NCBI RefSeq assembly: GCF_037042905.1
Contig: NC_087260.1
Location: 25,482,001 to 25,546,000, forward strand
Direction of reading: 5' to 3'
DNA length: 64,000 nucleotides
Origin: Lytechinus pictus
Taxonomy: Eukaryota
Position 1 is the stretch's first letter; each line of letters begins with the position of its first letter. The translations under genes and the position numbers were made by a program. Of this stretch, positions 27,601 through 39,291 are shown in pieces. The notes under the pieces were generated by a model that saw only the letters and a list, made by a program, of their open reading frames with translations, was not told the DNA's origin and searched no databases.

Positions 27601-30600
27601 ATAGCGATAGATGTGAGTCTCATTGTAAAATTCTTTGACAAACTGGTCGAAGAAAACCAAAACAAAATATCGTCACGAAAAGTTTGCCAAAAAAGTTAGA
27701 AATCAAATAAATGAAAGAGTTTTTATCACCACAACAGAAAAGCATTTCATCATTTTTTTTCACATGATCTCAGTGTTTAAAAGTGCACCCTTTATTTACC
27801 ATTAATTTCATCAAAAACATGAAAAGATATATATTGCATCAAGACTGTTATTATTAAAATTATTAAAAGTAGGCCTACACTACTTAGTTTTACTGGAGGT
27901 TTATGGACATAAATAACAAAAACTTTCAATAACAGAAGCTTTTCCATTAAACTATCTTTGTCATAGTTCAAGACACAAAGGAAACAACCTTTTGATAAAA
28001 ACCTTCAGGATTTAGGTTTACAACCAAAAGTTTTAATTTGCCAGATTTTTGCATTTGTCACATATTTTTTTTTTTGTCACCAAGTCTATCTAAGATTAAC
28101 AAAACTTCAAAAATTCGGAGACAGATATCATAATGGCAACAATTTTTATCACAATATTTGAACGTGCACATTGACCCGGTTTAGTTTCATTTTGCCTCAT
28201 TTGTCCCAATTACAAAGAGTTGTGATGTATACAATCAATCTCAATAAGGCCTATGGACACCATCATCTAACTGCCAAAATTGATTATGCAAAGGTAAAAT
28301 GTTCTCAATAAAAATGATGATGGACATAACATTGCTGCTGACTATGCATCTCTGTTTTGACAGATTCCAATTCATTCAAGATAAAAGAATTATGGCGGCT
28401 CTGGCTTTCTATATAGTTAAGATTCTGTTCTGTTTATGGTAACTCCCGCAGGAACTCAGCAGGACAGCATTTTGCTGGTAAACGCCAAGCTGGTATGTAA
28501 CCAATTACCTAGGAAACATTTTACGTCTAGGTTAATCAGTCATAGTGGCTGACGTAATAGACGACAGATATCACTCGTGGGCCTTTTTATCAAAGTGGAG
28601 ACAATGGCAGAGTTGGGATTCGAACTCACAACCTTGCGATTATGAGTCCAATGCTCTAACCACTGGACCACACGGTCGGATCAATTGTATCTTCTCGTGA
28701 GACCTCATCCTCACCTGTGATGGTCCAGTAATAACACCATACTGATAGCCACTGGTCAATGAAGACCCAATGAGGAGCGTACAGACGGTCAGCCAAAACC
28801 ACAAAGAAAGGTCCTGTAAAAATAAGTTATTTCTAATTAAATCATGTTTATTGACACATTCAATTTTATGCTCACTTGGCCTCCCCCTCTCCCCTCCTCT
28901 ATCCCCCTCTTTATCCCCTCTCTTACTTCAGCACACTAATGTGATAACATGATAATTGATTAAAAGTACACAGCAAAAACTGTGGTGTTAACTGGTGTAT
29001 ATAGAGGACGACACCAGTTATTTTACACCGGTGTTAAATTGGTGGTGTTAGTTTTACACCTATAGGTGTTATTACAACACTTTTGGTTGTTAAATTTACA
29101 CTCTTTGGTGTTATGTTCAATCTCTAGGGTGTAATTTTAACACCTCAACTGATGTCAGCTTTAACACCACAGTTTTTACAGTGTACATTTCATCTGATTT
29201 TTATTATTAAGTTTGGTACAATGCCTAAATAAAAGGCATAATTTTTTTGTTGTACTTTATCAAAAGTGACTCTATTAAATAACATACCGGCGGACGTCAT
29301 TTTTGTTGTGTCAGCGTTAAGGTTGAACTTCTTTTAACCTATTCTCTGAAGAAAAATCAGCAAATGTAAATTTCTTAAAAACATCACTTTGCTTGTTTTT
29401 AAAAAATATGCAATTTTAGAAGCGAAAACAATTTTTTGTTTACTTTCCACTATTATATTTGAAATACAAAACAGGCTCCTCTAACCTTGATATGAAAAAG
29501 ATAAAGGCAAGTAAAAAAAAATATCGAAAAAGAAAAGAAATGGGCCAATCGTTTTCAAAATAATTGTCTAGTCTTTGATGCCATGCACGTATTATTTTTG
29601 CCACCGTGACGGTGAAACGCACTTTACACTGTTAAAGTGCAGTACCCATGGAACTCAAATCAAACAAATATGATAATAACAGTCTTTATTACGGAACACT
29701 GCTCAGACAGGGAGACTCTATCATTGACATGCTCTAAGCTAAGGCAGGATTAATATAATGATAATGATTACTAAGGACGGTTGCAGGAGTTTCGTTATCA
29801 AATGTAAATAGAACCAAAAGAGTCTAAGCATACAGTGTAAATATGATATTTTGTGATAAGTGTTGTAGTTAAACTTCCGCCCGAATGAAGTGTACGTCGC
29901 CAGGACCATTGGAGTCATACAAGTAATCATGATCCTCACAAAGAATAAATGTATACCTTGAATGAAAACTACCAACTTACATTATTAGCATATTTCTTTA
30001 AAGATATTCTGTATCCGTGTCTATATTATTTGTGTTTCATTCGATCAATTAACTAATCAATCGTCAATCCATCCATCCATCATTCGATGAATCAAACAAT
30101 CANNNNNNNNNNNNNNNNNNNNNNNNNNNNNNNNNNNNNNNNNNNNNNNNNNNNNNNNNNNNNNNNNNNNNNNNNNNNNNNNNNNNNNNNNNNNNNNNNN
30201 NNNNNNNNNNNNNNNNNNNNNNNNNNNNNNNNNNNNNNNNNNNNNNNNNNNNNNNNNNNNNNNNNNNNNNNNNNNNNNNNNNNNNNNNNNNNNNNNNNNN
30301 NNNNNNNNNNNNNNNNNNNNNNNNNNNNNNTTAAACAAGTGCACACCAAGTTACCAATAATGCCTATAGCATTTTCATTTATTTGAAAGCAGGATAAAAG
30401 AGCATTGCACATTAAATGCCTTGCTCACAGGCATAGGTGCCGTGGCCGGGGATCGAACCCCGGACTTTTTATGTATAGCTAGGCGCCTTAGACCACTCGG
30501 CCACGGCACCTGAGCCAATCAATCGATCAATCGATCGATNNNNNNNNNNNNNNNNNNNNNNNNNNNNNNNNNNNNNNNNNNNNNNNNNNNNNNNNNNNNN

Positions 30601-30860
30601 NNNNNNNNNNNNNNNNNNNNNNNNNNNNNNNNNNNNNNNNNNNNNNNNNNNNNNNNNNNNNNNNNNNNNNNNNNNNNNNNNNNNNNNNNNNNNNNNNNNN
30701 NNNNNNNNNNNNNNNNNNNNNNNNNNNNNNNNNNNNNNNNNNNNNNNNNNNNNNNNNNNNNNNNNNNNNNNNNNNNNNNNNNNNNNNNNNNNNNNNNNNN
30801 NNNNNNNNNNNNNNNNNNNNNNNNNNNNNNNNNNNNNNNNNNNNNNNCCAACCGACCAAG

Positions 30861-30903
<43 letters not shown>

Positions 30904-31150
30904 CCACCAATCAATCAATCAATAAACCAACCAATCAATAAACCAACCGACCAATCAATCAATCAATCAATCAACCAACCAACCAATAAACCAACAAATC
31001 AACCAATCAACCAATCGAATCAATCAATCAATCAATAAACGAACCGACCAATCAATCAATCAATCAATCAATCATTACATCACTTTTAGTCTATTTAGAA
31101 CAGTCGTACTAAAAATCATCTACCTTTGAACTTACCGACTGAGGCACCAT
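21466..31150 (-). CDS. SLC2A: SLC2A/GLUT facilitated sugar-porter family MFS transporter, complete, 12 exons, 500 aa, divergent substrate site
   Basis: join(31136..31150,28715..28813,27482..27642,26801..26925,25707..25822,25214..25373,24488..24681,23903..24013,23552..23656,22591..22666,22321..22448,21466..21678) = 1503 nt, open frame. Motifs: KFGR, YLSEISP, PESP, QLSGINA, SELWSVGPR, LPETK; N-glycosylation site NET in loop 1. Confidence 0.93.
22321..22448 (-). CDS. SLC2A: SLC2A exon 11, TM11 (EIFTPLVCSELWSVGPRKAALSVTQHIGWWVDVVIQFCFPALL)
   Basis: ttcctag / gtgagt; EL...GPR motif; 128 nt. Confidence 0.94.
22591..22666 (-). CDS. SLC2A: SLC2A exon 10, TM10 (YRVSWLSWFALVANCVFFIAFPLGP)
   Basis: tttctag / gtaaga; 76 nt. 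Confidence 0.92.
23552..23656 (-). CDS. SLC2A: SLC2A exon 9, TM9 (YFANLSRFQRKPLLFSMYGLLTISAIAFTLFLIFE)
   Basis: ctcacag / gtaacc; phase 0 to phase 0. Confidence 0.9.
23903..24013 (-). CDS. SLC2A: SLC2A exon 8 (IIFYSNEIFLFAGLTDVQTGLGSLAWAACYSTATVVE)
   Basis: atttcag / gtaggc; FYS..IF..AG pattern. Confidence 0.92.
24488..24681 (-). CDS. SLC2A: SLC2A exon 7, ICH and TM7 (ALRQLRGEDEVEQEIQVLRDDHRFNSRIVRASAWEVIFLRDANWKMPLLMCILLRLARQLSGINA)
   Basis: cttttag / gtaagt; QLSGINA motif. Confidence 0.95.
25214..25373 (-). CDS. SLC2A: SLC2A exon 6, TM6 (IMGFFVFKGRNIWPGALGLPALIDLFQIVLLLFCPESPDWLLHVKFAEEKAAG)
   Basis: tcttcag / gtatat; PESP motif. Confidence 0.94.
25707..25822 (-). CDS. SLC2A: SLC2A exon 5 (GISLTIVPVYLSEISPKRRRDSICGLHQVLFTVGIVLGQ)
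   Basis: acttcag / gtatga; sugar-transport signature. Confidence 0.95.
26801..26925 (-). CDS. SLC2A: SLC2A exon 4, TM3-4 (SRTLIGNSAFSIVTCILMGSSEAAGSPELLIFCRAMKGLDV)
   Basis: ttcgcag / gtgagc; 125 nt. Confidence 0.93.
27060..27212. repeat. (CTT)n-rich polypyrimidine tract
   Basis: ttcttcttc; source of the poly-Phe ORF. Confidence 0.9.
27482..27642 (-). CDS. SLC2A: SLC2A exon 3, loop 1 and TM2 (FVKEFYNETHIYRYGSPLDEYGQAWLWASTITVFCIGRIVGAVAGAKLSHKFGR)
   Basis: gaccag / gttagt; 161 nt. Confidence 0.95.
28390..28677 (-). mobile_element. tRNA-derived SINE in SLC2A intron 2
   Basis: Head 28605-28677 has A box TGGTCCAGTGG, B box GAGTTCGAATCC and a CAT anticodon-like loop, but the acceptor stem does not pair and non-tRNA body follows. 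The body end is approximate. Confidence 0.7.
28715..28813 (-). CDS. SLC2A: SLC2A exon 2, TM1 (DLSLWFWLTVCTLLIGSSLTSGYQYGVITGPSQ)
   Basis: tttacag / gtgagg; GYxxGVI motif. Confidence 0.92.
28968..29185. mobile_element. CACTA/EnSpm-like non-autonomous element with acacc/ggtgt subrepeats
   Basis: tacacagcaaaaactgtggtgttaa ... ttaacaccacagtttttacagtgta; degenerate relative at 58324-58553. Confidence 0.8.
30331..30511 (-). mobile_element. tRNA-derived SINE (head plus start of body) in SLC2A intron 1
   Basis: A box TGGCCGAGTGG, B box GGTTCGATCC, followed by the SINE-typical cctgtgagcaaggcattt; truncated by an N-run. Confidence 0.75.
30848..31073. repeat. (AATC/AACC)n tetranucleotide microsatellite flanking N-runs
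   Basis: caatcaatcaatc arrays. Confidence 0.95.
31136..31150 (-). CDS. SLC2A: SLC2A coding exon 1 (MVPQS)
   Basis: aacATGG start context, gtaagt donor in phase 0; a very short first coding exon is typical of GLUT genes. Confidence 0.7.
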
Positions 31151-34100
31151 GTTAGGTAAGATATCGCTTTTATCTTAAAACAGGAAACCTTGAAGCATAC
31201 AAACTTGAATCCAGACACACTTCAAATGATGTTATCAGTGTTTGTGGTGTCAGTAACAAATATCACTTCTTAAGAACTTCGGGAAACACTTCCGTCTCTA
31301 TATCAGTGATTGATCAATTATCAACGATTCCTATACTTTATGAAACGATTGATATATGCCTCAGTATACTTTTCACCCATCAGTAGCGGGTGGTGCAGAA
31401 AGTCTGACATCCAAACCCCAAAATAGTGAATCCATGGAGAAAGGGGAACTGGTTCTCATCTGAATCTTTGTAGGACGCCAATAAAATAGTTGTTCTGTTG
31501 ATTAAAGTGATCCACTATGTTGCTCTGTATGGTCTACATTTCGGTGACTGCTTCTCAGGACACACACTAGCATATGCCACATGATGTCTCTAACAGAGTT
31601 CCTCGAAAGTATGAAAGTAACTTTTTCAAATGGCACCAGTTAGTACAAAACTATTCTTATATCACCACAGGAGATAGAACGAATAGCTTTTTACAACAAA
31701 TCTCATTCATTGTCCGTTGGATATCAAGTTTCTCAAAGCGCAGCATGCAATGCAGTGTATAATAATTCATAACCCACGCCGTGTGAATAACTGTATTTGT
31801 TTTCTACCGTAAATAGCTTTTGTTATCAATGGGTGCGTAGAGATCAAATCAATGTCTGAATGCACTCCCAGTTTACGGTCAGATTTCAATGATAAAAGAA
31901 TAAGAGCTAGAGATGAAACGAAAGCGAAATATATAATGCATTATTTATATTATACGGTATGATTTCACAAACAGAATAGAGGAAATGGTATTATAACGAA
32001 TTACGATATAAGTTTGTTTATAGTGATTATATTTCTAGCTTAATAGTAATAATCTTCACAGTATGAGCTCATAATATTAAATAAATAAGTCATTATTCTA
32101 CGATGTGTCTCTCTGAAATTCGTTGTTTGAACAAAATCACACGTTATGAGACCACGAATACAGCCTTTCAAAGTTAAGAAAAGGGTGGTGATTGGTATTT
32201 TATTTGAGATTTAATATCATAAAGATAAGAATTACTTTTCCAAAAAGAAAAATAAACCCAGCTTGACAACCTATGAGAGGACAACCTATGAAAGAGAATA
32301 ACAACAAAGATGATCAAAGAGAAAATTATCACCAAAGAAAAGAGAGAGGCGGGTGTCTATAGTACGTGGTGGGATGGAGCAGATTTGGGAATCATGTATC
32401 TCTTTCACAAACACTGTTTTCGATATAATTATAAAAAAAGAGTTGAGAGCAAAATATCAATTATTGGTCAAAGGAGACACGTATGTTTGTGTGATAAAAT
32501 ATTGGGTATAAAGCATTCGATGTGTAAATATCCACACCAAATGCGTAAGATTTACATAGCATTTGGTGTCTTTTACCCAACAAACATGCATGGTCCCTCT
32601 TAAGCTAATATTGGGTTAACTTTTTATTCCAGAATGTATAGGTCTTAATCTTAAAGACCCGTCACAATGCTTAGTATGTTAATGGGGTAGTTAATAGGGT
32701 AGGATGGGAAAACTTTGGTAACGTTTGGTGTCACAGGAGCCTCACTCACACAAATAGAACAGAGAAAATAAACCATAGTGTCATTTGTTACCAACTAGAC
32801 ACGCCTTAATACTTAAAGTTCCGACCGACTTCAAGCCATCCACTTTACATGTACATGCATTTAAAGGCTGGCACCCCTCTACAATAACCTAATAGATGTA
32901 ACCGTCGAGGTAACCTAATTCGTTAAGCTAAAATCCGGCGGGCAATGAGGAGATCGATTTCGTTTAAAATGATTTCATACAGCTGCACACAATAATTATT
33001 AATCAACAATATTTATGCTTACTACGTATGTCACTAACGTGATATTAGAAAGCTGTCAGAGTTAAAATTGATTTTTAGTTAATGACGCAATGCTTCATAA
33101 CATGACGATTTGGATTTATAGGTTGTACGTTTTCTTTCTATAGAGAGGAAGGACGGGGGGGGGGGGGGTGAGAGGAACGGAGGTAGATGAACACATGAAA
33201 CTTCTCTCACTTTCATTCTCTTTCCCTCTTGGTTTAAATTTCTATTTTAATTTTGTTGTTCCTCATTCTTATCTTTGATTTTCATCATTTTGCATGTTCA
33301 TATTTTAATTGCTTCCCTTTATATTCCTTGTATTTAATAGTAAATTTCTCTTGACAATTTTCTTGTATTACTNNNNNNNNNNNNNNNNNNNNNNNNNNNN
33401 NNNNNNNNNNNNNNNNNNNNNNNNNNNNNNNNNNNNNNNNNNNNNNNNNNNNNNNNNNNNNNNNNNNNNNNNNNNNNNNNNNNNNNNNNNNNNNNNNNNN
33501 NNNNNNNNNNNNNNNNNNNNNNNNNNNNNNNNNNNNNNNNNNNNNNNNNNNNNNNNNNNNNNNNNNNNNNNNNNNNNNNNNNNNNNNNNNNNNNNNNNNN
33601 NNNNNNACACACGGGAATAAAAAAATAATTCACCTAGAAACTTACAGGTTTGTTTGTCATTTAATCTACAGTAAAATCGTATCATACCAATTGTATATAA
33701 TTCAATGCGCCAGCATTTACCATCCGGCCATACATATGCAAATGACTGAAAACTATACAATGCATAATAATATTAATAATAAACAAGACTTTCGTCACAC
33801 TCTCAAATGTTTAATTTTTCCTCTTAATCTCAAATGACCATGCTGCATTTTGTCTATATACATCTTCCATCACATCATTTATTAAAAGAATTCATTATGA
33901 AAGAGTATAAGAACAAACTGTACAAGATGTATGTGAAGTGGCAAGGCATTATACTACATTCTCAAAGTGTTACTGACATATCGTTGATTCGAGAAACAGT
34001 TTTAAAAACAATTACAAAAACGCCCCTCCCAATTTTGATTAAACAATTATGGAAATAATACGAGAAAAACATAACGAGGGTTAACTGAATCTGTACAAGC

Positions 34101-36014
34101 AAAGACAGATTTCCTGTGACCGTACATGACTCCATAATAAAATCTTTGCAATATCCAAACTTTCTTAAGTTCTATGAGACTGTAATATATCCCAAAATAC
34201 TATGCCGGTTTTAGAAAAAAAAGAGAATCTGCATCACGTACGAGGATGGCACATTAATGGAAAGTCAACACAACATCTCACATTAATAACCTTACAATAA
34301 ATATATCAAGCAGGTAAAGCTTGATAAATAATTCACAGAGCATAGTGGATTAGTTCTTTATTTCTCACTTAATTTTGCATTTTTTTAGCTGACATCAATG
34401 CAGCAGTTTGAACACATGCACATACACGCCAGTTGCATTTTAAGAGTCCTTCCTGCAGTATGTATCATCACATGGGGGAAATAAATCTATTTACAAAAAT
34501 ATGATCTGAGACTTTGAAGTGAATCGCCGTATCAATAACCTCTATCCAATAAAAACAATCAACCTGTTGACTACTACATTTCGAGATTCCCATAGATTTT
34601 GCACAGGGATCAGCCGGTTACAGCAGGCGATGGGTTAATCAATCTCTTTTCATCAACTTTCAAAGTCACTTACTTTTTAAAAACTTGATTAAGAGATAAG
34701 TTAGATAATTCTTTATATTGCATTTTCTTTTGAACTATGAATTAAGTACATGTACAAACCACTCAACCGGGAGTGGTTTTACCGTTCAAATTTTGACAAT
34801 TTTTTTCTTGAATTTCAAAGCAGCCATAATTCAAGTTAGCATCTGGGTATGAAAATAGCACTATATCTACACACATCCTAACATTAACAGAAAATTACAC
34901 TAAAAACATCTTTAACATTTTATCACAGACCCCCCCCCAAAAAAGTATCAAAAATAGCAAGATGTCCAACAAATGTGTGTGCAAGTGAACTGAAAAGATC
35001 CAACTGAAAGACAATAAAGCTATGAAGAACCAATGTAAAACATTCAGACAAAATATGCAATATTAACTTAGGGGACTTACATTGATTTTCAAATGCGTAC
35101 CTAAAAGGGATGCCTTTCTGCTATGTACTTTTATCCCTCTACTGACGACATATATTTTTTCTCTTGTTGTCTGTTAATTTGCTCTGCAGACCCGAGCATC
35201 TAATTAAGATGGAAAGGGTTCTAAGGTACCTTCTAAACTGCAGAGCCGCTACTCCTGTATCCAAGAGGAATCCTGCACGCAGCCTTTCATTACCAATGTT
35301 CAAACTTCATCATAGATATAAACAATGGGGAATGCAGGAAAACTGCTATGAAAAGATGCTTAGTGAGTTCACAGCAGCTATTCCTGGTAAAAGACACTGC
35401 AGAGATAAGGTTCCTAAATAAATCTTGTTAACATTACTGTATAAAGGTACTTGAACCCAGTGGATACTACATTCTCCTATTCCCATAGACTTTGTACAGG
35501 GATCACTTGGTTGCCTAGACAACAGGTTCACACTGCTGCAATGACTTTCATGTAAAGGGTATTCCCAAACATTACACACCTAATCGGTTCTAAAACCTGG
35601 AGTCGTTCAAAAGATCATAACATCCAATTATTCCAATGTCTTATGCACTGGGTCAAGAGTTGCTATTTTGTTATTAGACAATTCTAAGTGTAGCGTACAT
35701 GAACCTTCTTAAAGTTATACTGAAGATGTGATCTGCACACAAACAGTATGTAATCACAATAACTTAATTGATACATCATAGCAAGCCCTGACATAGTACC
35801 CCCCCCCAAAAAAAAACCCAAAACAACAATATATCTATCATGTCAATTTCTGACTGCACATAGAACATATCCATATTTACTGACAAAGAATTTAAACTTC
35901 ACATTTTTAGATTTATCAATTTTCCATAGAATTAAGATATGGGAGAAATTAATTCACAAGACTTCATGAGATTTTCACAATTTTTGAACTAGTCACTGCT
36001 TACCTACCTGAAAA

Positions 36015-36099
36015 ACAAACCCTGCGACATGCATTTACAAGAGAAACTTGGGCATACAACAAACCCTGCGACAAGCATTTACAAGAGAAACTTGGGCAC
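36015..36099. repeat. 2 x ~44-bp tandem duplication
   Basis: acaaaccctgcgaca.gcatttacaagagaaacttgggca occurs twice. Confidence 0.9.
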
Positions 36100-38588
36100 A
36101 AAACAACACATGAACTTCTTGTAAAACAAAGCTACATTTGCATTAAAAGATCCTAGAATTCTAAGGTTATTTGGTTTTATTCTTAGCCGCAAATTGGAAG
36201 ACCTTTATCTTTTCTCTGTCAACCTCTCTTCTTAACTTTAATTTTTGTCCTTTTGTTTGATCAAAGTATGTTAACATCATTGGTATAGTATTGCATAAAG
36301 CACTATGGCTGGAAAAAACGAAAAACAAAACAAAACACAAGCAATGATTGATGACGGCAGAGATTTAACCAAAAGCAATCTTGCAAAGACATGGCTGACA
36401 CACTAAAATTCTATTTTCATAATAGAATATTCAAGCACAGTTATATGACTATAATAAGCAAGATATGAAGAAAAAAGCATGGAGCTACATGAGCACAAGT
36501 CAAATGATCTGTTTTACATGAACAATGCATCCAAGCTGTGGGGCTGTGTGTACAAGTCAAAGATAAGTATATCATAAAATAAAAGAAGTACATCGTATTG
36601 TGACCTTCAAAGAATTGATTAAGACTAGTTTTGGGCATATTAGGTTCCGCTAAACTGACGGTGAAGAGAATCAAACGCTTAGCAATGGGCGATAACATGG
36701 TTTGGATGAGTTGAAAAAAAAAATCAGATATTACCTCATACGAAGGTTGCAATGACTTTCGAATACATTATCAATCATTTAAAGGCAGGTTTCAATATAC
36801 AAATGTACACAAATACATATCTGTACAATATGCTAACTCATTCACTCACTCTCTCTCTCACACACACACACCCACTCTCTTACATGTCATATATCAAGAT
36901 GCACATAGCCATTAAGAAAGAGTTTAGTCATGTGGCGATTGAATCATCGCCAAAAGAAAACACCAGAACCCAACATTAGTTGGCCGGTTACACAGGATAA
37001 TAACTATAACCTCTCCCATATATGCATCATAAAGGACTACAAATTAAATAATAAATTAATTCAAAAGTAACACAATGCTAAGAAAAATATATCTCTAAGA
37101 AGTCATAGAGAAAGGTTAGTATAGGTACAGAATACATACATTTACAATGCTAAGATACAATTTTAATGTACAATGTCTGACAAAGAGTAAACATATTTCG
37201 CATATATCACTGAGCATAAAAAAAAATTGTTAAGAAAACGCAGACCTTATATTTGTCTGAAAGCAACTTATAAGCGTGAGGTATCCGCAATGAATAAAAA
37301 AAGGTTTGTCATAATATGTATTATTTCCTTTCAATAATTAGGAAAGATTGTTATTATTTTCTTTCATTTTTTAGGACACCATACAACATTTCCTTCTCTG
37401 GAATCACATGTACTGTGAAGAAAAAGACCAATCTTTCTTGCATAAAAACTGAAAGAGGACATTTTCTTTAATCCTCACAATTAAATATCATTTAGAAATT
37501 TATTATAGCACATTACGCCATATGAATGGATTAAAGTCATTTCGGTGTATTGCAAGTGTGAGCTAATAACATCAAGTCTGAAGAACTTTTCAAGGAATTT
37601 TAGGCTAATAGTGTCAAAGTTTAAAGAATTAGTTTCAAGGAATTGTTCAAGGCATTATCGACTATTATTTCCCTTTCAAGGCAATTTATGACCACCATTC
37701 AACATTTTGCTGATTGAACCTATTATTTCTCATCAAAGACCCCAATTTAAACAAAACTCATTACTAATGGAAAGTCCATTGCTCTTGTTATAAGCTACTT
37801 AAAATTTGGCCATTTGAATAGCCAAGAAAAAAATATGTGTCAAGGCATTTTGCATTTTTTTTACAATAATTTTCTGAATAGAACAGACCACTCTTCTAAG
37901 CAATCAATACTGAGGAAATGCTTATGGGAAACATTCTATGGAATGAACTAGAATTTTTTTGTATCAATAAAACATAAAAAAAATACATCTACAGGAAATT
38001 CTTATATAGAAAGCGAGGGTGTGCAAAGGAATTTGGAACAAAACCTCAAACTTTCCAATGTAGCCCTCTTGGCAGTGGTCCTATAAAACACATTAAACTT
38101 ACATGTAAAGCAAGAACTGATATCATTTTTGGAACTCTCCTCTTGCACATAACTCTTAAGAGTCAAGAAAATCTGAGCTAGATGGGATTCCTGTCTATTT
38201 TATGATACAATAAGCAACTTTGAAATTCTCATCATTCTTCATCAATTGAGCAAAAGGTAAAATTATACTATAGTGTTGCACTGTCAAACAAACTTCAAAA
38301 TTTGTTTTATTTTGCATAATATTAAAGCTTTTATTTAAAAAGAAAAGAAATCTAAGAGGCAGTATACAATATATGTCATTATATATTTCTTCCACAAATG
38401 ACTGCAATTATTCATCTTAAATCCAACAATTCTACAAAGGAAAATCAGCTGTTACTGATAGAAGCACACATGGACATTTGTAATGGTCAGTGCTTACATA
38501 AGAAAAGAGTCTGTGATAACTTTGGCAATGTTTCTCGTTGATAACTGGACCATTTCTTTCTCCCATGGGCACTCTCAAAGTAAATCAA

Positions 38589-39193
38589 GGGAGTGTTTCA
38601 TAAAGCGGTTCGCAAGTAACAAGTTACTTTACGGAAGACTGGTGATCCTTTCTTTTGGTAAATGACTTCTATTGGCGTTGATTTCAAGTTCCTCATGTTC
38701 CTAACAAAGGATCACCAGTCGTTCATAAAGTCACCTGTAACCTATGAAGAGCTTTATGAAACACCAACCTGATGGAAGAGAGGTTGGACGAAGAAACAGC
38801 ATTCCTCTTTGATCCTTGTAAGTTTCCCAGAGGAGTGTTTCACATACAGTTTTGTCAGTTATTTTCACCGACTTACTTGTTGTAAGCTACTGAAATCCTT
38901 TCATCTGATTGGCTCAAAGCAAACAGTAAAAATCACTAACAAGGTAGTTCATGAAACTACAACTGGAGACGATTTCATGAAATAAATAATGAATTCACTG
39001 ACATATGTTTCAGGCTACTGAAATCCTTGCATTTGATTGGCTCATGAAACTACAACTGGAGACAATTTCATGAAATAAATAATGATTTCACTGATCTATG
39101 TTTCAGGCTACTGAAATCCTTGCATCTGATTGGCAGAGAGCAAATTATTAAGCAAAAATCACTAACAAGATATTTCATGAAACACTTCCCTGG
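38589..39193. mobile_element. Cluster of CWG-target MITEs in the proximal FARP 3'UTR: one hairpin element plus three head-to-tail related units
   Basis: gagtgtttcataaag...ctttatgaaacacc (38589-38771); repeated gctactgaaatccttgcatctgattggc cores and tcatgaaactacaactggagac junctions (38828-39193). Confidence 0.75.
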
Positions 39194-39291
39194 TATCAAG
39201 GAGAAATACTTGGATGGAGGATAGTATCGAGGAGATGATGTCTCAGGGGATATCATCATGGGCAGTTTGTGTGTTGCTTTCGGAGCGTCCA

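Larger units (their letters stand above)
33800..39291 (-). other. Probable long (up to ~5.5 kb) FARP 3'UTR
   Basis: No exons after the stop codon; U-rich on the minus strand. Candidate poly(A) signals AATAAA (~33878-33883) and ATTAAA (~33810-33815) are followed by GU-rich sequence. The end point is inferred. Confidence 0.4.

Noticed and set aside
28605-28677. tRNA-Met(CAT) gene
   Set aside because: The acceptor stem does not pair, the anticodon stem is imperfect and non-tRNA body continues; better explained as a SINE head.
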